The translations under genes and the position numbers were made by a program. The notes below the pieces were generated by a model, which saw only the letters and a program-made list of their open reading frames with translations, ran no database searches and was not told the DNA's origin. Shown piece after piece: positions 21,121-30,974 of a DNA stretch of 64,000 nucleotides; the first letter of the stretch is position 1; every line of letters starts with the position of its first letter. This DNA is from Nitrosopumilus sp. (GTDB lineage Archaea > Thermoproteota > Nitrososphaeria > Nitrososphaerales > Nitrosopumilaceae): assembly GCA_965203315.1 (NCBI GenBank), contig OZ241857.1, forward strand, positions 1,216,001-1,280,000, read 5' to 3'.

Positions 21121-21321
21121 ATGCAGAGAACTAGTGATCCAGCTGATCTATTCATGAAATAGTACAACGGTGATAGGCCACACATGTCTCTAAAAGATGG
21201 TCATAAAGACCAGCAGACGCATTTATCAGGAAACAATCTCCAAAGGGAGTAGTCATTGATGGGTCGTCAGGGGATGATTATTATGTAAGATGATGTGGTG
21301 AATGACTTTTCATATCCCACA
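21121..21321 (+). mobile_element. IS481/IS3-type integrase 3' remnant
   Basis: DLFMK*YNGDRPHMSLK...PADAF, ending in ...CCCACA. Confidence 0.55.
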
Positions 21322-21322
21322 A

Positions 21323-21645
21323 CTAGCTATCAATATGTTTTGGCATCCTGAAACCACCTTTTTTTAATAGGTTGAAAATTTCGCTGATCTCATCTGGACT
21401 CTTAATTCTACGATTCTTTAATATCTTTAATAGTCCTATAAGACCAGTATATCTTATCCCTAATTCCGATGCTGCACTTCGTGCGTCTCCATCATCCAAA
21501 ATACAGTAAATGCTGTCAGTGTATTGGCTTAGTTTTAGATAAGTAAGGATCACATCTGTCTCATATGGCTCTAATTCTGCATAAATTTGTCGAAAAGAGT
21601 TAATTTCTTCAAGCGAGTTTCTTTCTAAGCGTTCAAGTTTATGCT
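21323..21645 (-). pseudogene. 5'-truncated PIN-domain (DUF3368-like) toxin
   Basis: KLERLERNSLEEINSF...YETDVILTY...CILDDGDARSAASELGIRYTGLIGLL. The N-terminus is replaced by MITE ends. Confidence 0.78.
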
Positions 21646-21665
21646 ATAGACTGTATGCGTATTAT

Positions 21666-21840
21666 GGTTCTGTTCAATTGACGGGGGTTGAGATCGTTAC
21701 GACGTTATCTCAAAGAACGCACAATATGTGACTCAAAACAGCAGAAATTTACGATAGATAATGAGACCGTTTCCATATTTTGCAAAATTTTTCGAGAATT
21801 TTGTGCATAAAATACCAACCCCCGACAAATTGACAGAACC
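21666..21840. mobile_element. MITE family A, copy 2, abutting a family B end (21649-21665)
   Basis: TIR GGTTCTGTTCAATTGACGGGGGTTG / CAACCCCCGACAAATTGACAGAACC, flanked by AT|AT. Confidence 0.88.
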
Positions 21841-22032
21841 ATGCCAAGTATGCACCAATTGAGTGATTGAGAGGACTCAAAATCTGACAAGTGTCAGACG
21901 CAAGTTTGTATGAATTCCTCTATGGATTAGAATGGCTCGATCTACAAATAGACAAAAGGTGAGCGATCACTGGTTGCTGTGAGAATACCATATTGGTAAG
22001 GCTTTTATGGAAAAAATTTTGTGATTTGGATA

Positions 22033-22344
22033 GTGCCTAATTGTCCAGAGTGTACCGCAAGGGAAAAGAAAAAGATCCAAACTAGATATGAGGTAGAGAC
22101 GCCAGAAGAAGAACGCAACAGGGATGATCTCTACAAGATGTTCGATCAGATAGATATTCCAATGGAGATGGATGAGAAGAACCGTCGCCACTTTATATGC
22201 AAAAGGTGTGGTTTGTATGCAACTAGAGAAGAGATCTCTGATATCAAATTCCGCCTGAATCAACGGGAAAAGACACGCGAGGATAAGCATTATGACTATC
22301 TAGACTGGTGGTCAAAGAGTAAGAAAGAAAAGATAGAGAATTAG
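22033..22344 (+). CDS. Conserved hypothetical Zn-ribbon protein
   Basis: CPEC...CKRC. The GTG at 22033 follows a TATA-like TTTTAT. Confidence 0.75.
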   Translation: MPNCPECTAREKKKIQTRYEVETPEEERNRDDLYKMFDQIDIPMEMDEKNRRHFICKRCGLYATREEISDIKFRLNQREKTREDKHYDYLDWWSKSKKEKIEN

Positions 22345-22355
22345 GGTTTTGAGAT

Positions 22356-22736
22356 ATGACAGGCAAGGATGATATCCCAGAATGGGTTGAAGATGAGATA
22401 CAGAACGCAAAATTTCGAAAACCGCAAAAGCTTAAACGAACTGGGTACATACTCGAGATATATGATACTGACAACAAGATCGATGCTCAACTGTACGACG
22501 CGATCGAGGATGGTCGTCATATAATTACAATGGATCTAGGCAAGAACAAAACAGACCAGTTAGAGAGAGGGGTGGTCTATGAGTTTGTGTTTAATCAGCA
22601 TAAAGCACCTCTGAGCAAGGAGGTTACAGAGTATCTGGCAACAGAGAAAGGGATAGAGATGGAAGCAATATATCAGTTTGAGTTAAAGTCGCTTGAAGAG
22701 CTCGATATGGAATCAGAGTCTGTAGATGACGAATGA
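22356..22736 (+). CDS. Conserved hypothetical protein
   Basis: Clean ORF co-oriented with the previous gene. Confidence 0.72.
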   Translation: MTGKDDIPEWVEDEIQNAKFRKPQKLKRTGYILEIYDTDNKIDAQLYDAIEDGRHIITMDLGKNKTDQLERGVVYEFVFNQHKAPLSKEVTEYLATEKGIEMEAIYQFELKSLEELDMESESVDDE

Positions 22737-23530
22737 GTCGATCTTAGCTTTGAACTAAACATACGACCAAGTATTGGATTTATGATGAAAGGGACTGTGT
22801 GTTTTAGCCAGACTACTGTACGAGATATGGAAGGGACTACTATCTCGAGTCTTGACGAGTCTGCTGCACGTACAATCGCCTTTGCGACAGTCTTTGCATC
22901 AAGAGATATGTTAGATTTTGGCATGGATGTAAAAGACTCGTGATCAAAGAACTCTGTTTTGACCATTATTGGACTAACGACTGTTATATCTACTCCTTTA
23001 CCAGACAGCTCATGTTTGAGACCTTCTGAGAATCCAAGCATTGCAAACTTTGAAGCACAATATGGTGCAATTCCTGGCAACCCAAAGCTTGCAGCAAGTG
23101 ACGCAACGTTTACAATATGACCAGAGTCTTGTTCCAACATTGATGGAAGAAATGTTTTGGTACAGTATATCATACCTAGATAGTTTGTAGCCATCTGAGA
23201 TTCAATATCATCAATAGATAGATCAGATGCAGATCCATAGATAGCAAATCCTGCATTGTTTACGAGAATATCAACAGTACCAAATGTTTCTAAAACGATC
23301 TTGGACATCTCTAATACTTGATCCTTCTTCGAAATGTCGCACGTATATGCAAGACATTTGATATTGTATTGTTTTAGTTTTTCTGCAAGTTGATTCAATC
23401 TAGTCTCTCGTCGTGCGACAAGGATTAGATTTGCTCCTCGTTTGGCAAACTCGATCGCAGTTTGATATCCAATCCCAGAAGATGCTCCCGTAATCAAGAC
23501 TGTTTTATCTTTATACTTCATTGTACACAA
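22673..23530 (-). CDS. SDR-family NAD(P)-dependent oxidoreductase
   Basis: TGASSGIG, NNAG, YCASK. Confidence 0.93.
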   Translation of the reverse strand: MCTMKYKDKTVLITGASSGIGYQTAIEFAKRGANLILVARRETRLNQLAEKLKQYNIKCLAYTCDISKKDQVLEMSKIVLETFGTVDILVNNAGFAIYGSASDLSIDDIESQMATNYLGMIYCTKTFLPSMLEQDSGHIVNVASLAASFGLPGIAPYCASKFAMLGFSEGLKHELSGKGVDITVVSPIMVKTEFFDHESFTSMPKSNISLDAKTVAKAIVRAADSSRLEIVVPSISRTVVWLKHTVPFIINPILGRMFSSKLRSTHSSSTDSDSISSSSSDFNSN

Positions 23531-23562
23531 AGCATCGAGTAGTGATTAAAGTGCTTTTGTTA

Positions 23563-24180
23563 TCATGATGAGGTTTGTGTGACATCTGGCTCGATGAATT
23601 CATCTTTGTGAAAGATATATTCGAGTTTGATCTTTTGCTCGATGGTTTGTAGCTGTGTATCAGTTCCTCTAAATAGGATGCATACTAGTGATCTGCATTC
23701 ATATCCCTCTGATTTTATCGCATCAACGGCCGTTAATGCTGAATTGCCACTAGTTATAACATCATCAAGTATTACACACGGAGATGATACTATACCCTCA
23801 ATCCGTTTAAGAGTTCCGTGTGATTTTTGTTGTTTTCGTACAAAGAATGATGTTATCAAGGGATATGAGTCGTCTTGATTATGCTTGATGTAACTATACT
23901 GGGATACAGCTGTTGCCATAGAGATCGAGCCCGACTCTAGTCCACCCACAGATCTGATACTAGGTATCTTGATGATGTTATTGTATAATATCTTGCCCAC
24001 TAGACTAATGCCCTGTGGATCGGCATTGAGTAGTCGCAGATCAAAATAGTAGGGACTAGTATCGCCAGATGCTAGTTGAAATGGTTTGTTGGGTGAGTAT
24101 TGAAAAGCTTTGGTCTTGGTCATGACATCTCGAAGTATACGCGTATCTTGTCTATTGAACATTATTGATAGTATCCACAT
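23563..24180 (-). CDS. pyrE: Orotate phosphoribosyltransferase
   Basis: FQLASGDTSPYYFDLR, RKQQKSHG, ILDDVITSGNS. Confidence 0.88.
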   Translation of the reverse strand: MWILSIMFNRQDTRILRDVMTKTKAFQYSPNKPFQLASGDTSPYYFDLRLLNADPQGISLVGKILYNNIIKIPSIRSVGGLESGSISMATAVSQYSYIKHNQDDSYPLITSFFVRKQQKSHGTLKRIEGIVSSPCVILDDVITSGNSALTAVDAIKSEGYECRSLVCILFRGTDTQLQTIEQKIKLEYIFHKDEFIEPDVTQTSS

Positions 24181-24451
24181 ACAGATAATAAACCATCAAG
24201 AATGTAGTTCGTTTGATTGATGTAAGAGGTCATCATCACGACCATGGTTTGGTTGGGAATCTAACATTTGTCTAGTCATCATACACTTGTATTGTACGAA
24301 AATTATTTAAATTCATCAGAATTTTTGTTTGTCCAGATGTGATTCTTGCTAATTTTAGCGCGTCGTGTTTCTTTCTAAATGCCAACGTATATTTGCGAAC
24401 AATGTTATCAATCTACACCAATAAAGTCAATCACATATCTAAAAATGATAT

Positions 24452-25468
24452 CTAGGTAATCTCTGATTTTGATATATTACTGAGTGCTAGTTTTACCAAC
24501 AATAACCACGTAATTACAATAGGTACATAATACGTTGCAACACGCCATCCAATAACTGCATTCCAAGCAATGTCTCCTTGAGGTACATCAAAGTTAAATG
24601 GATCTAGGTCATTTAGATATGCAACTATACCAAACTCGGCAAGACCAGAACCGCCTATAGTGATCGGTAGATTTCCAATTGCGTTTGCTCCCATTACTGC
24701 CATGATCGAATCAAATGCACCAACCATATAGCTAACACCAAGAGCTATTATCATAAACGATATACCATAAAATATCCAAGATGCAATCGAAAATAGAAAC
24801 GACACCACAAATACTCTCTTAGACTGCGATGTCTTGAGATTTGTTCGACTCATCATACATATCTCTCGCATCCAAGAGTTCGCCTCTTCTATGTATTTAG
24901 TGCCCTTGGTCTTTCCGAATCGTTGCACAAGGCTTGCTAGCACTTGAGGAACTTGAAATGTTCTCTTTGATGATAAAAAGAATAAGACCATCCACAAAGA
25001 AGTTACGACAATACTAGTACCAAGAACAACTCCTGCAACGACATATGCTCCATTCAGTAGAGCGATAACACCTGCAATAATAGATAACAGACCAGCTGCA
25101 AAGACCTCGGTTACAATATCCATAATTGCGATCCAGGTTGATTTAGACGGCTTGACCCCCTTTTTGTGTAGATAGTATATTACGACAAACTCGGCACCAA
25201 CAAACATTGGTGTTGTAAATTTTATAAACTCACTACCAACTCGTACACCAACTAGCTTCAATACGGAATCAAATTTGGGCAAGTATTGTCGTGTGATATA
25301 TGCAAATTTAATACCTTGCAATCCCAATTTTGCCATCATTGCAAGAACAGCTGCAATAAACGGAATTATCCCAATTGCTAGAATATCTTCTAGCTGTATA
25401 TCAAACTGGATCGCTATGATAATTATTGGAATTAGTGTTACAGGTATAACTGCTAGTCTCCAGTTCAT
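24452..25468 (-). CDS. Lysylphosphatidylglycerol-synthase-TM / AglD2-like flippase-type membrane protein
   Basis: Multi-TM. TPMFVGAE, PITIGGSGLAE, WRVATYY. Start taken at MNWRLAV. Confidence 0.8.
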   Translation of the reverse strand: MNWRLAVIPVTLIPIIIIAIQFDIQLEDILAIGIIPFIAAVLAMMAKLGLQGIKFAYITRQYLPKFDSVLKLVGVRVGSEFIKFTTPMFVGAEFVVIYYLHKKGVKPSKSTWIAIMDIVTEVFAAGLLSIIAGVIALLNGAYVVAGVVLGTSIVVTSLWMVLFFLSSKRTFQVPQVLASLVQRFGKTKGTKYIEEANSWMREICMMSRTNLKTSQSKRVFVVSFLFSIASWIFYGISFMIIALGVSYMVGAFDSIMAVMGANAIGNLPITIGGSGLAEFGIVAYLNDLDPFNFDVPQGDIAWNAVIGWRVATYYVPIVITWLLLVKLALSNISKSEIT

Positions 25469-25563
25469 TAGCTGAATGCTAAATGTAGTAAATATGAAAG
25501 TTGAGTGTAGTCTAGATGTGCATCTCTTCAAACTTGAAATATGAGAGGTAGAGAAGGAGGTCT

Positions 25564-26322
25564 GTGAAGACCATCTATGTGTCTGGAACAGCCGGTGCAG
25601 GTAAGTCACTCCTTACTGCACGACTACACGAACACTATACAGCAAATGGCGCATTTGCAGCTGTCTTGAACTTGGATCCAGGAGTACTGAATTTACCATA
25701 TACATGTGATGTAGATGTAAGAGACTATGTCGATATTGTATCGATAATGGAACAATATGATCTTGGACCAAATGGTGCATTGATCATGGCTAGTGATCTT
25801 GTAGCAACAAAGATAGACGATGTACGAATCGATATAGAACGAGTGAATCCGGATTATTTGATAGTTGATACGCCTGGTCAGATAGAGTTGTTTGCATATC
25901 GCAGTAGCGCAAAGTTTCTAATAGATAATCTAACAGTAGAAGACAAGACAAATGTCTTTATCTTCGATGGTTCATTGATTACAACTCCAACCAACTTTGT
26001 ATCGATAGCATTGCTTGCTACGTCAATTCGATTACGATTGGGTCTTCCAACCATCAATACGATTACAAAGACAGATCTCATAGGTGATCAGATAGAGACG
26101 ATACTGCGATGGTCAACTAGTTTGGTAGATTTGGAGAATGAGATTGCAGCTACAACAGATGGAGATATGTATACGCTTGTGACAAATATACTACGAGGAA
26201 TAAACTTGGGTGGTTTCGTACAAGGAGTGATTCCAATATCAAATGTTAGTGGAGATGGCTTTGTGTCCCTAGAAGCAGCGCTGAGTAGAATTCTAAATCT
26301 AGGTGAGGATGTAGAGGATTAG
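25564..26322 (+). CDS. GPN-loop GTPase
   Basis: GTAGAGKS, NLDPG, LGPNG, DTPGQIE. Confidence 0.93.
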   Translation: MKTIYVSGTAGAGKSLLTARLHEHYTANGAFAAVLNLDPGVLNLPYTCDVDVRDYVDIVSIMEQYDLGPNGALIMASDLVATKIDDVRIDIERVNPDYLIVDTPGQIELFAYRSSAKFLIDNLTVEDKTNVFIFDGSLITTPTNFVSIALLATSIRLRLGLPTINTITKTDLIGDQIETILRWSTSLVDLENEIAATTDGDMYTLVTNILRGINLGGFVQGVIPISNVSGDGFVSLEAALSRILNLGEDVED

Positions 26323-26324
26323 AG

Positions 26325-27251
26325 ATGCACGTAACTGTACGAGCTCCTTCGACTACTGCAAACTTGGGTCCTGGATTTGATGTGTTTGGATTGGCAATGA
26401 ATGCATTCTATGATACAGTAACACTTGCAAAGACTAGATCAGATATCACTATAATCACAGAGGATGATATTCCAACAAAACCAGACGAGAATACAGCAGG
26501 TCTGGTAGTAAAGAACATGATGCAGAGATTCAAGATTAGTGGAGGAGTCGAGATCAGAATACAAAAAGGTGTTCCAGCTGGATTTGGTATGGGAAGTAGT
26601 GCAGCGTCAGCAGCTGCAGCTGTTGTGGCATTTGATGAACTCTTTGGATTACATCTAGATAACAATAGATTGGTAGAGATGGCAGGTATAGGTGAGGAGG
26701 CTAGTGCAGGTATAGTTCATTATGATAATGTAGCAGCAGCTGTTCTTGGAGGATTCGTTATAGTACAGACAGATCCATTAAATGTACTCCGAGTATCACC
26801 ACCTAGAGATCTATGGATGTGTATAGGAGTACCAAAGATCAAAGTTCCAAAGAGAAAGACGCAGGTGTCTCGTGGATCACTACCAAAAAAGGTCACATTT
26901 GAAGACAGTATTACAAATCTCACTAATGCTGTAGTGATAGCTGCCGGATTCATCAAGAAGGACTCTAGTATGATATGTAATGCCATAAGAGATGTAATAG
27001 TCGAACCTGCTAGAATGCACATGATACCAGGATTTACATCAGTGAAACAGAATGCACTAAAGGCAGGAGCTGCAGGCGTTACGATTAGTGGTGCAGGACC
27101 GTCAGTTATAGCATTTACATCAGAGTCTGCTAATCTTGTAGAGATCGGTACAGCAATGTCGCGTGGTTTTCAGTCAGTAGAGATAGATTCGCAGATAATA
27201 CATTGTAGACCGAGTCGTGGCGCCATACATATGAAGAGGTATGTACGTTGA
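26325..27251 (+). CDS. thrB: Homoserine kinase
   Basis: ANLGPGFD, GMGSSAAS, HYDNV, ISGAGPS. Confidence 0.95.
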   Translation: MHVTVRAPSTTANLGPGFDVFGLAMNAFYDTVTLAKTRSDITIITEDDIPTKPDENTAGLVVKNMMQRFKISGGVEIRIQKGVPAGFGMGSSAASAAAAVVAFDELFGLHLDNNRLVEMAGIGEEASAGIVHYDNVAAAVLGGFVIVQTDPLNVLRVSPPRDLWMCIGVPKIKVPKRKTQVSRGSLPKKVTFEDSITNLTNAVVIAAGFIKKDSSMICNAIRDVIVEPARMHMIPGFTSVKQNALKAGAAGVTISGAGPSVIAFTSESANLVEIGTAMSRGFQSVEIDSQIIHCRPSRGAIHMKRYVR

Positions 27252-27919
27252 AGTGTGCAGTCATTGTGTTTAGTGGTGGTATCGATTCTATATGTACAGC
27301 ATCTCTCCTCAAAGAGTATGAACTGTACGGAGTATCGTTCTCGTATGGTCAACGCGCAAGCAATGAGATACTAGCTGCAAAGTCTTTTGCAGAGAGATTA
27401 TCTCTCAAAGAGCACAAGATAATAGATATTGGATTTATGAAGTCTCTATATGGCAACTCTAATGTCCTAACTAGTACAGAGAGTGATATTCCATCTAGTT
27501 TTGACTATTCGATCGTAGTTCCCATAAGAAATGCAGTCTTTCTATCGATCGCTACAGCGTGGGCGTTTACTATAGATGCAACATGTGTAGCATATGGTGC
27601 TCATACAGGTGATCAAAACTATTCTGACTGTAAACCCACATTTGCACACAAGCTGGAACAAGCATTAAACGAGGGTGAGAGAGATGGAATTCGTTTGGGT
27701 CTACGATCAGAGATTGATATCTGGTCTCCATATATGGATGGTTTATCAAAGAGTGATCTACTCCAAGTTGGGATTAAAGAGTTTGGAGATATGATATTCG
27801 AATCATGGAGTTGTTATGCAAACAAGCGATATCATTGTGGTACATGTGAATCATGCAATAATAGAAAGATTGCATTTGTAGAGGCAGGTATTCAAGACAA
27901 GACTAGATACATGTCCTAG
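27248..27919 (+). CDS. queC: 7-cyano-7-deazaguanine synthase
   Basis: FSGGIDS, YGQR, VVPIRN, WSCY...HCGTCESC. Confidence 0.95.
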   Translation: MKCAVIVFSGGIDSICTASLLKEYELYGVSFSYGQRASNEILAAKSFAERLSLKEHKIIDIGFMKSLYGNSNVLTSTESDIPSSFDYSIVVPIRNAVFLSIATAWAFTIDATCVAYGAHTGDQNYSDCKPTFAHKLEQALNEGERDGIRLGLRSEIDIWSPYMDGLSKSDLLQVGIKEFGDMIFESWSCYANKRYHCGTCESCNNRKIAFVEAGIQDKTRYMS

Positions 27920-28179
27920 TAGCGATTCTCCATTATCTTTCTTTTAAAGACGAATCCACGAATTCCAATATACCAAATTAGAAAGATTATACCAACTATG
28001 CCCATGAATGTATAGTTTTGAATATCTGGCGCCATCTCTGTAAAAGAGTTTGTCACCTCACGTGATATCAACATCGATACCGCTAAAAGTATACCAAACT
28101 CGATCGCATACCATGTCCAGCTAGGCCATGACTCTTTTGGAACATGAACATTTGGATGTGAGCCCATATTACTGCTCAA
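27916..28179 (-). CDS. Small membrane protein
   Basis: Two hydrophobic helices. Confidence 0.7.
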   Translation of the reverse strand: MSSNMGSHPNVHVPKESWPSWTWYAIEFGILLAVSMLISREVTNSFTEMAPDIQNYTFMGIVGIIFLIWYIGIRGFVFKRKIMENRY

Positions 28180-28202
28180 TATATTGATTATTTAATTTTT
28201 GA

Positions 28203-28757
28203 CTAGAATTGGCTGTGATGTCGTCTATGTACCAAAGTCAAGATGCTTTGCTTCTGTTTTGCGTCCTCATATATACCACGAAACGCAGATGACTCTAGAA
28301 TTGCATCGCTACGCACTCCTCGCATCTTCATACAGAGATGTTCGGCGTCGGTAAAGACTGCTACGCCTTTGACACCACAAGCATACAGCTCATCAGCTAT
28401 ATCTTTGGTCAGTCGTTCTTGTATCTGTAGGCGTTTGGAGTGTTTCTCTACCAATCTGACCAACTTTGATATCCCAAATACTCTACTGTTCGGCGCGTAT
28501 GCTATGGTGATCTTGCCAAAGAATGGCAGTATATGATGTTCACACATCGAGTAAAACTGAATGTTCCTAGCAATTACATTATCAGAATCTTCAGAGAATT
28601 GAACCTCTAGCTCCGAGTTCGAGTCATATCCAGAAAAGATCTCTGCGTACATGTCTGCTATTCGTTTTGGGGTGTCCCGAAGACCTTCGCGAGTTGGATC
28701 TTCACCGATCTCGATTATCAACTCACGTATTAATTTCTGGATTCGCACAGGATCCAT
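28203..28757 (-). CDS. folE: GTP cyclohydrolase I
   Basis: REGLRDTPKR, SMCEHHILPF, RLQIQERLT, HLCMKMRGV. Confidence 0.96.
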   Translation of the reverse strand: MDPVRIQKLIRELIIEIGEDPTREGLRDTPKRIADMYAEIFSGYDSNSELEVQFSEDSDNVIARNIQFYSMCEHHILPFFGKITIAYAPNSRVFGISKLVRLVEKHSKRLQIQERLTKDIADELYACGVKGVAVFTDAEHLCMKMRGVRSDAILESSAFRGIYEDAKQKQSILTLVHRRHHSQF

Positions 28758-28821
28758 CTAACAGTAAAGCCCAGAATACTATTATTTGAATCTAGAGTAG
28801 ATATATCTACAAGTGACAATA

Positions 28822-29529
28822 CTAGGGAGCACCTATCAGTTTGTGTAGCTGTGGAACAACTTTTACGTCGTTGTATTGTGGATATACTGTATCATAGATC
28901 TCTAGCAAGAGTTGTAACGATGGTTCTGATATTCCGTATGTTGGTTGGATTACAAATCCCTTGATATCGGATGGCTTTATCTTGGCAAATATACTTGATG
29001 CTATACTGCTGATCTCGCTTGGGCGAGTCTTGGAGCTTGCTACAATCTTGATAAAGGTCGTCTTTTCTGCTTGAACTGCAGCTATCAGACATTCCAAGGC
29101 TGCATCTAGGGTATGATGACTCGAGTCTACAAACTCTGAGTCACTAGTCTTGAACTCTATCTTGATCATGTCCATGAATGGCAATACATGACGAAACCGC
29201 TCTGCATCAAAACAAGAGGACTCTAGATATGTGGGCACTCTTAGACATTGTACGTGACTTGCAAGTTGAGCTACTGCTTTGTGTTGAATTAGAGGATCAC
29301 CTCCAGTAAAGTTGACCTTGTATGTGTTTGGTTGTATACTAGAGTCGATCAATTTTATAGCATCTTGTATCGAGTACTCTGTACCAGAGTCAAGAGGGAG
29401 TGACTCTTTTGTGTCGCAATAAAAACAAGAGAATGGACAACCAGCTAGTCGTACAAAGAGAGTCTTTGTTCCATAGAGTATCCCTTCACCTTCAACTGAT
29501 GTGAATATCTCAAACAGTCTTACCTTCAA
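28822..29529 (-). CDS. queE: 7-carboxy-7-deazaguanine synthase (radical SAM)
   Basis: EIFTSVEGEG, GCPFSCFYCDT, PQLHK. Confidence 0.92.
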   Translation of the reverse strand: MKVRLFEIFTSVEGEGILYGTKTLFVRLAGCPFSCFYCDTKESLPLDSGTEYSIQDAIKLIDSSIQPNTYKVNFTGGDPLIQHKAVAQLASHVQCLRVPTYLESSCFDAERFRHVLPFMDMIKIEFKTSDSEFVDSSHHTLDAALECLIAAVQAEKTTFIKIVASSKTRPSEISSIASSIFAKIKPSDIKGFVIQPTYGISEPSLQLLLEIYDTVYPQYNDVKVVPQLHKLIGAP

Positions 29530-29565
29530 GCACTAGATAATTTGATGTATGATTATTTATCAGTA

Positions 29566-29760
29566 TTAGTGAAGTACAGGCTCTTTAGCATAAAAGAGTC
29601 CACAGATGAAAAAGATTACGCCCAAGACTCCGATTGTGCTGCCTACCAACTCGATCTGACTCTGATATACATCACCAAATGGTGCCCAAAGCCATGCCAT
29701 CAGAGCACCAACTACAATCATAGGAATTCCCACTCCGACTGAGAGTGATTTGGATGCCAT
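29566..29760 (-). CDS. Small two-TM membrane protein
   Basis: MASKSLSVGVGIPMIVVG...; start placed at ATG 29760. Confidence 0.7.
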   Translation of the reverse strand: MASKSLSVGVGIPMIVVGALMAWLWAPFGDVYQSQIELVGSTIGVLGVIFFICGLFYAKEPVLH

Positions 29761-29888
29761 ATATCGTGCAGTTTGTAAAATGTATATGTATTTTATGAAT
29801 GGTATATTTGGTCGGACACCATTCAAGAACGAGAATCAGATGTTTATTGAATAGTGATCCAATGTGACATGCACTTTACAATTGCACT

Positions 29889-30974
29889 CTAGCGGTACCT
29901 ATGATATTTGCTTAGGGTATCTGCTCGTATATTTTGAATCTGTTCGTCTAGATAGTTGGTCATGTATCGTGCGGTATTGTATTCGTTATTTTGTATATGA
30001 TGTTTGATCTTGTCGAGGATAACTCTCATGTTAGTAAGTTGTTCTAGACTAGTATCATTGTTTTGATTCAATCGAGATATAGTTTGTTCCAGGTGAGTAA
30101 CTCTGGCCTCTAGTCTATGTTTTTTAGACTTGTCTAGATGTTCGCTGACTAGAATGATCTTTTTGATCTCTAGTACGATCTCATCGGTGGTGTTTGCTGA
30201 TTTGATACGTTCTTTTATTATCTTGATCTCTGTAATCATGGCGTCGGATATCTGTCGACCTTTGAGATCGAGGAGGATTGAGTCGATCTCTTTGAGATAT
30301 ACATCTGCAAATGCTCTAGCTCGCTCAAACTCTTGTCCTATTGCCTGTTCATCTAGATGTGTCTTGATCTCTTGAATCGACTCGTCGATAGATTGTACTA
30401 TACCACCTAGACTCTCAATGTCATTTCTCTCTATAGCCTGAGTGCCTTGTGCGATTAGAGTATCGATGGTAGTAAAGTTAAGTTGAATGTTATGATAGTT
30501 CGACATGATCTTGAGACTTGTAACTTGGTTTTGTAGTCGATAAAACATATTCACCGTATGATCTGTGTAATATTCGGATTCGGATGTTGTTGGACTCTCT
30601 GGAGTTTGTAATTGTATATCTGGTTCGAGTTTGCTGTTTGATGCAGTAAACTGCATCTCTTCATCTAGTGTAGTGGTCTCTATTGAGATCTGTTTAAAGA
30701 TGCCCATCGCGTTGATGAAGTGTAGTTTGATAGACTCGATATCATCTGTATCGATCGCTGTCTTGAGTTGATCAACCTCTGCCCTCCCCATCTCTACAAG
30801 TTCTTTGATCTCATCGTCTGTATCAGCAGGTAGTTGACTCTTGACTTGAGTTAGTGCATCTCTTGTAATCGTTAAAAGTAGTTTGGTATCATACTGTGAT
30901 GTATTCTGTGCCAATACACTACTAGATCCGATAACTGTTGCAACAAACATTATGCATAATACAATGTATCTCAT
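29889..30974 (-). CDS. Secreted alpha-helical/coiled-coil hypothetical protein
   Basis: Signal peptide, helical repeats, coupled to the upstream gene (ATGA overlap). Confidence 0.7.
   Translation of the reverse strand: MRYIVLCIMFVATVIGSSSVLAQNTSQYDTKLLLTITRDALTQVKSQLPADTDDEIKELVEMGRAEVDQLKTAIDTDDIESIKLHFINAMGIFKQISIETTTLDEEMQFTASNSKLEPDIQLQTPESPTTSESEYYTDHTVNMFYRLQNQVTSLKIMSNYHNIQLNFTTIDTLIAQGTQAIERNDIESLGGIVQSIDESIQEIKTHLDEQAIGQEFERARAFADVYLKEIDSILLDLKGRQISDAMITEIKIIKERIKSANTTDEIVLEIKKIILVSEHLDKSKKHRLEARVTHLEQTISRLNQNNDTSLEQLTNMRVILDKIKHHIQNNEYNTARYMTNYLDEQIQNIRADTLSKYHRYR

Noticed and set aside
27248-29529. 7-deazaguanine DNA-modification (dpd) system
   Set aside because: queC/folE/queE fit ordinary archaeosine precursor synthesis among core genes; there is no dpdA-like gene here.
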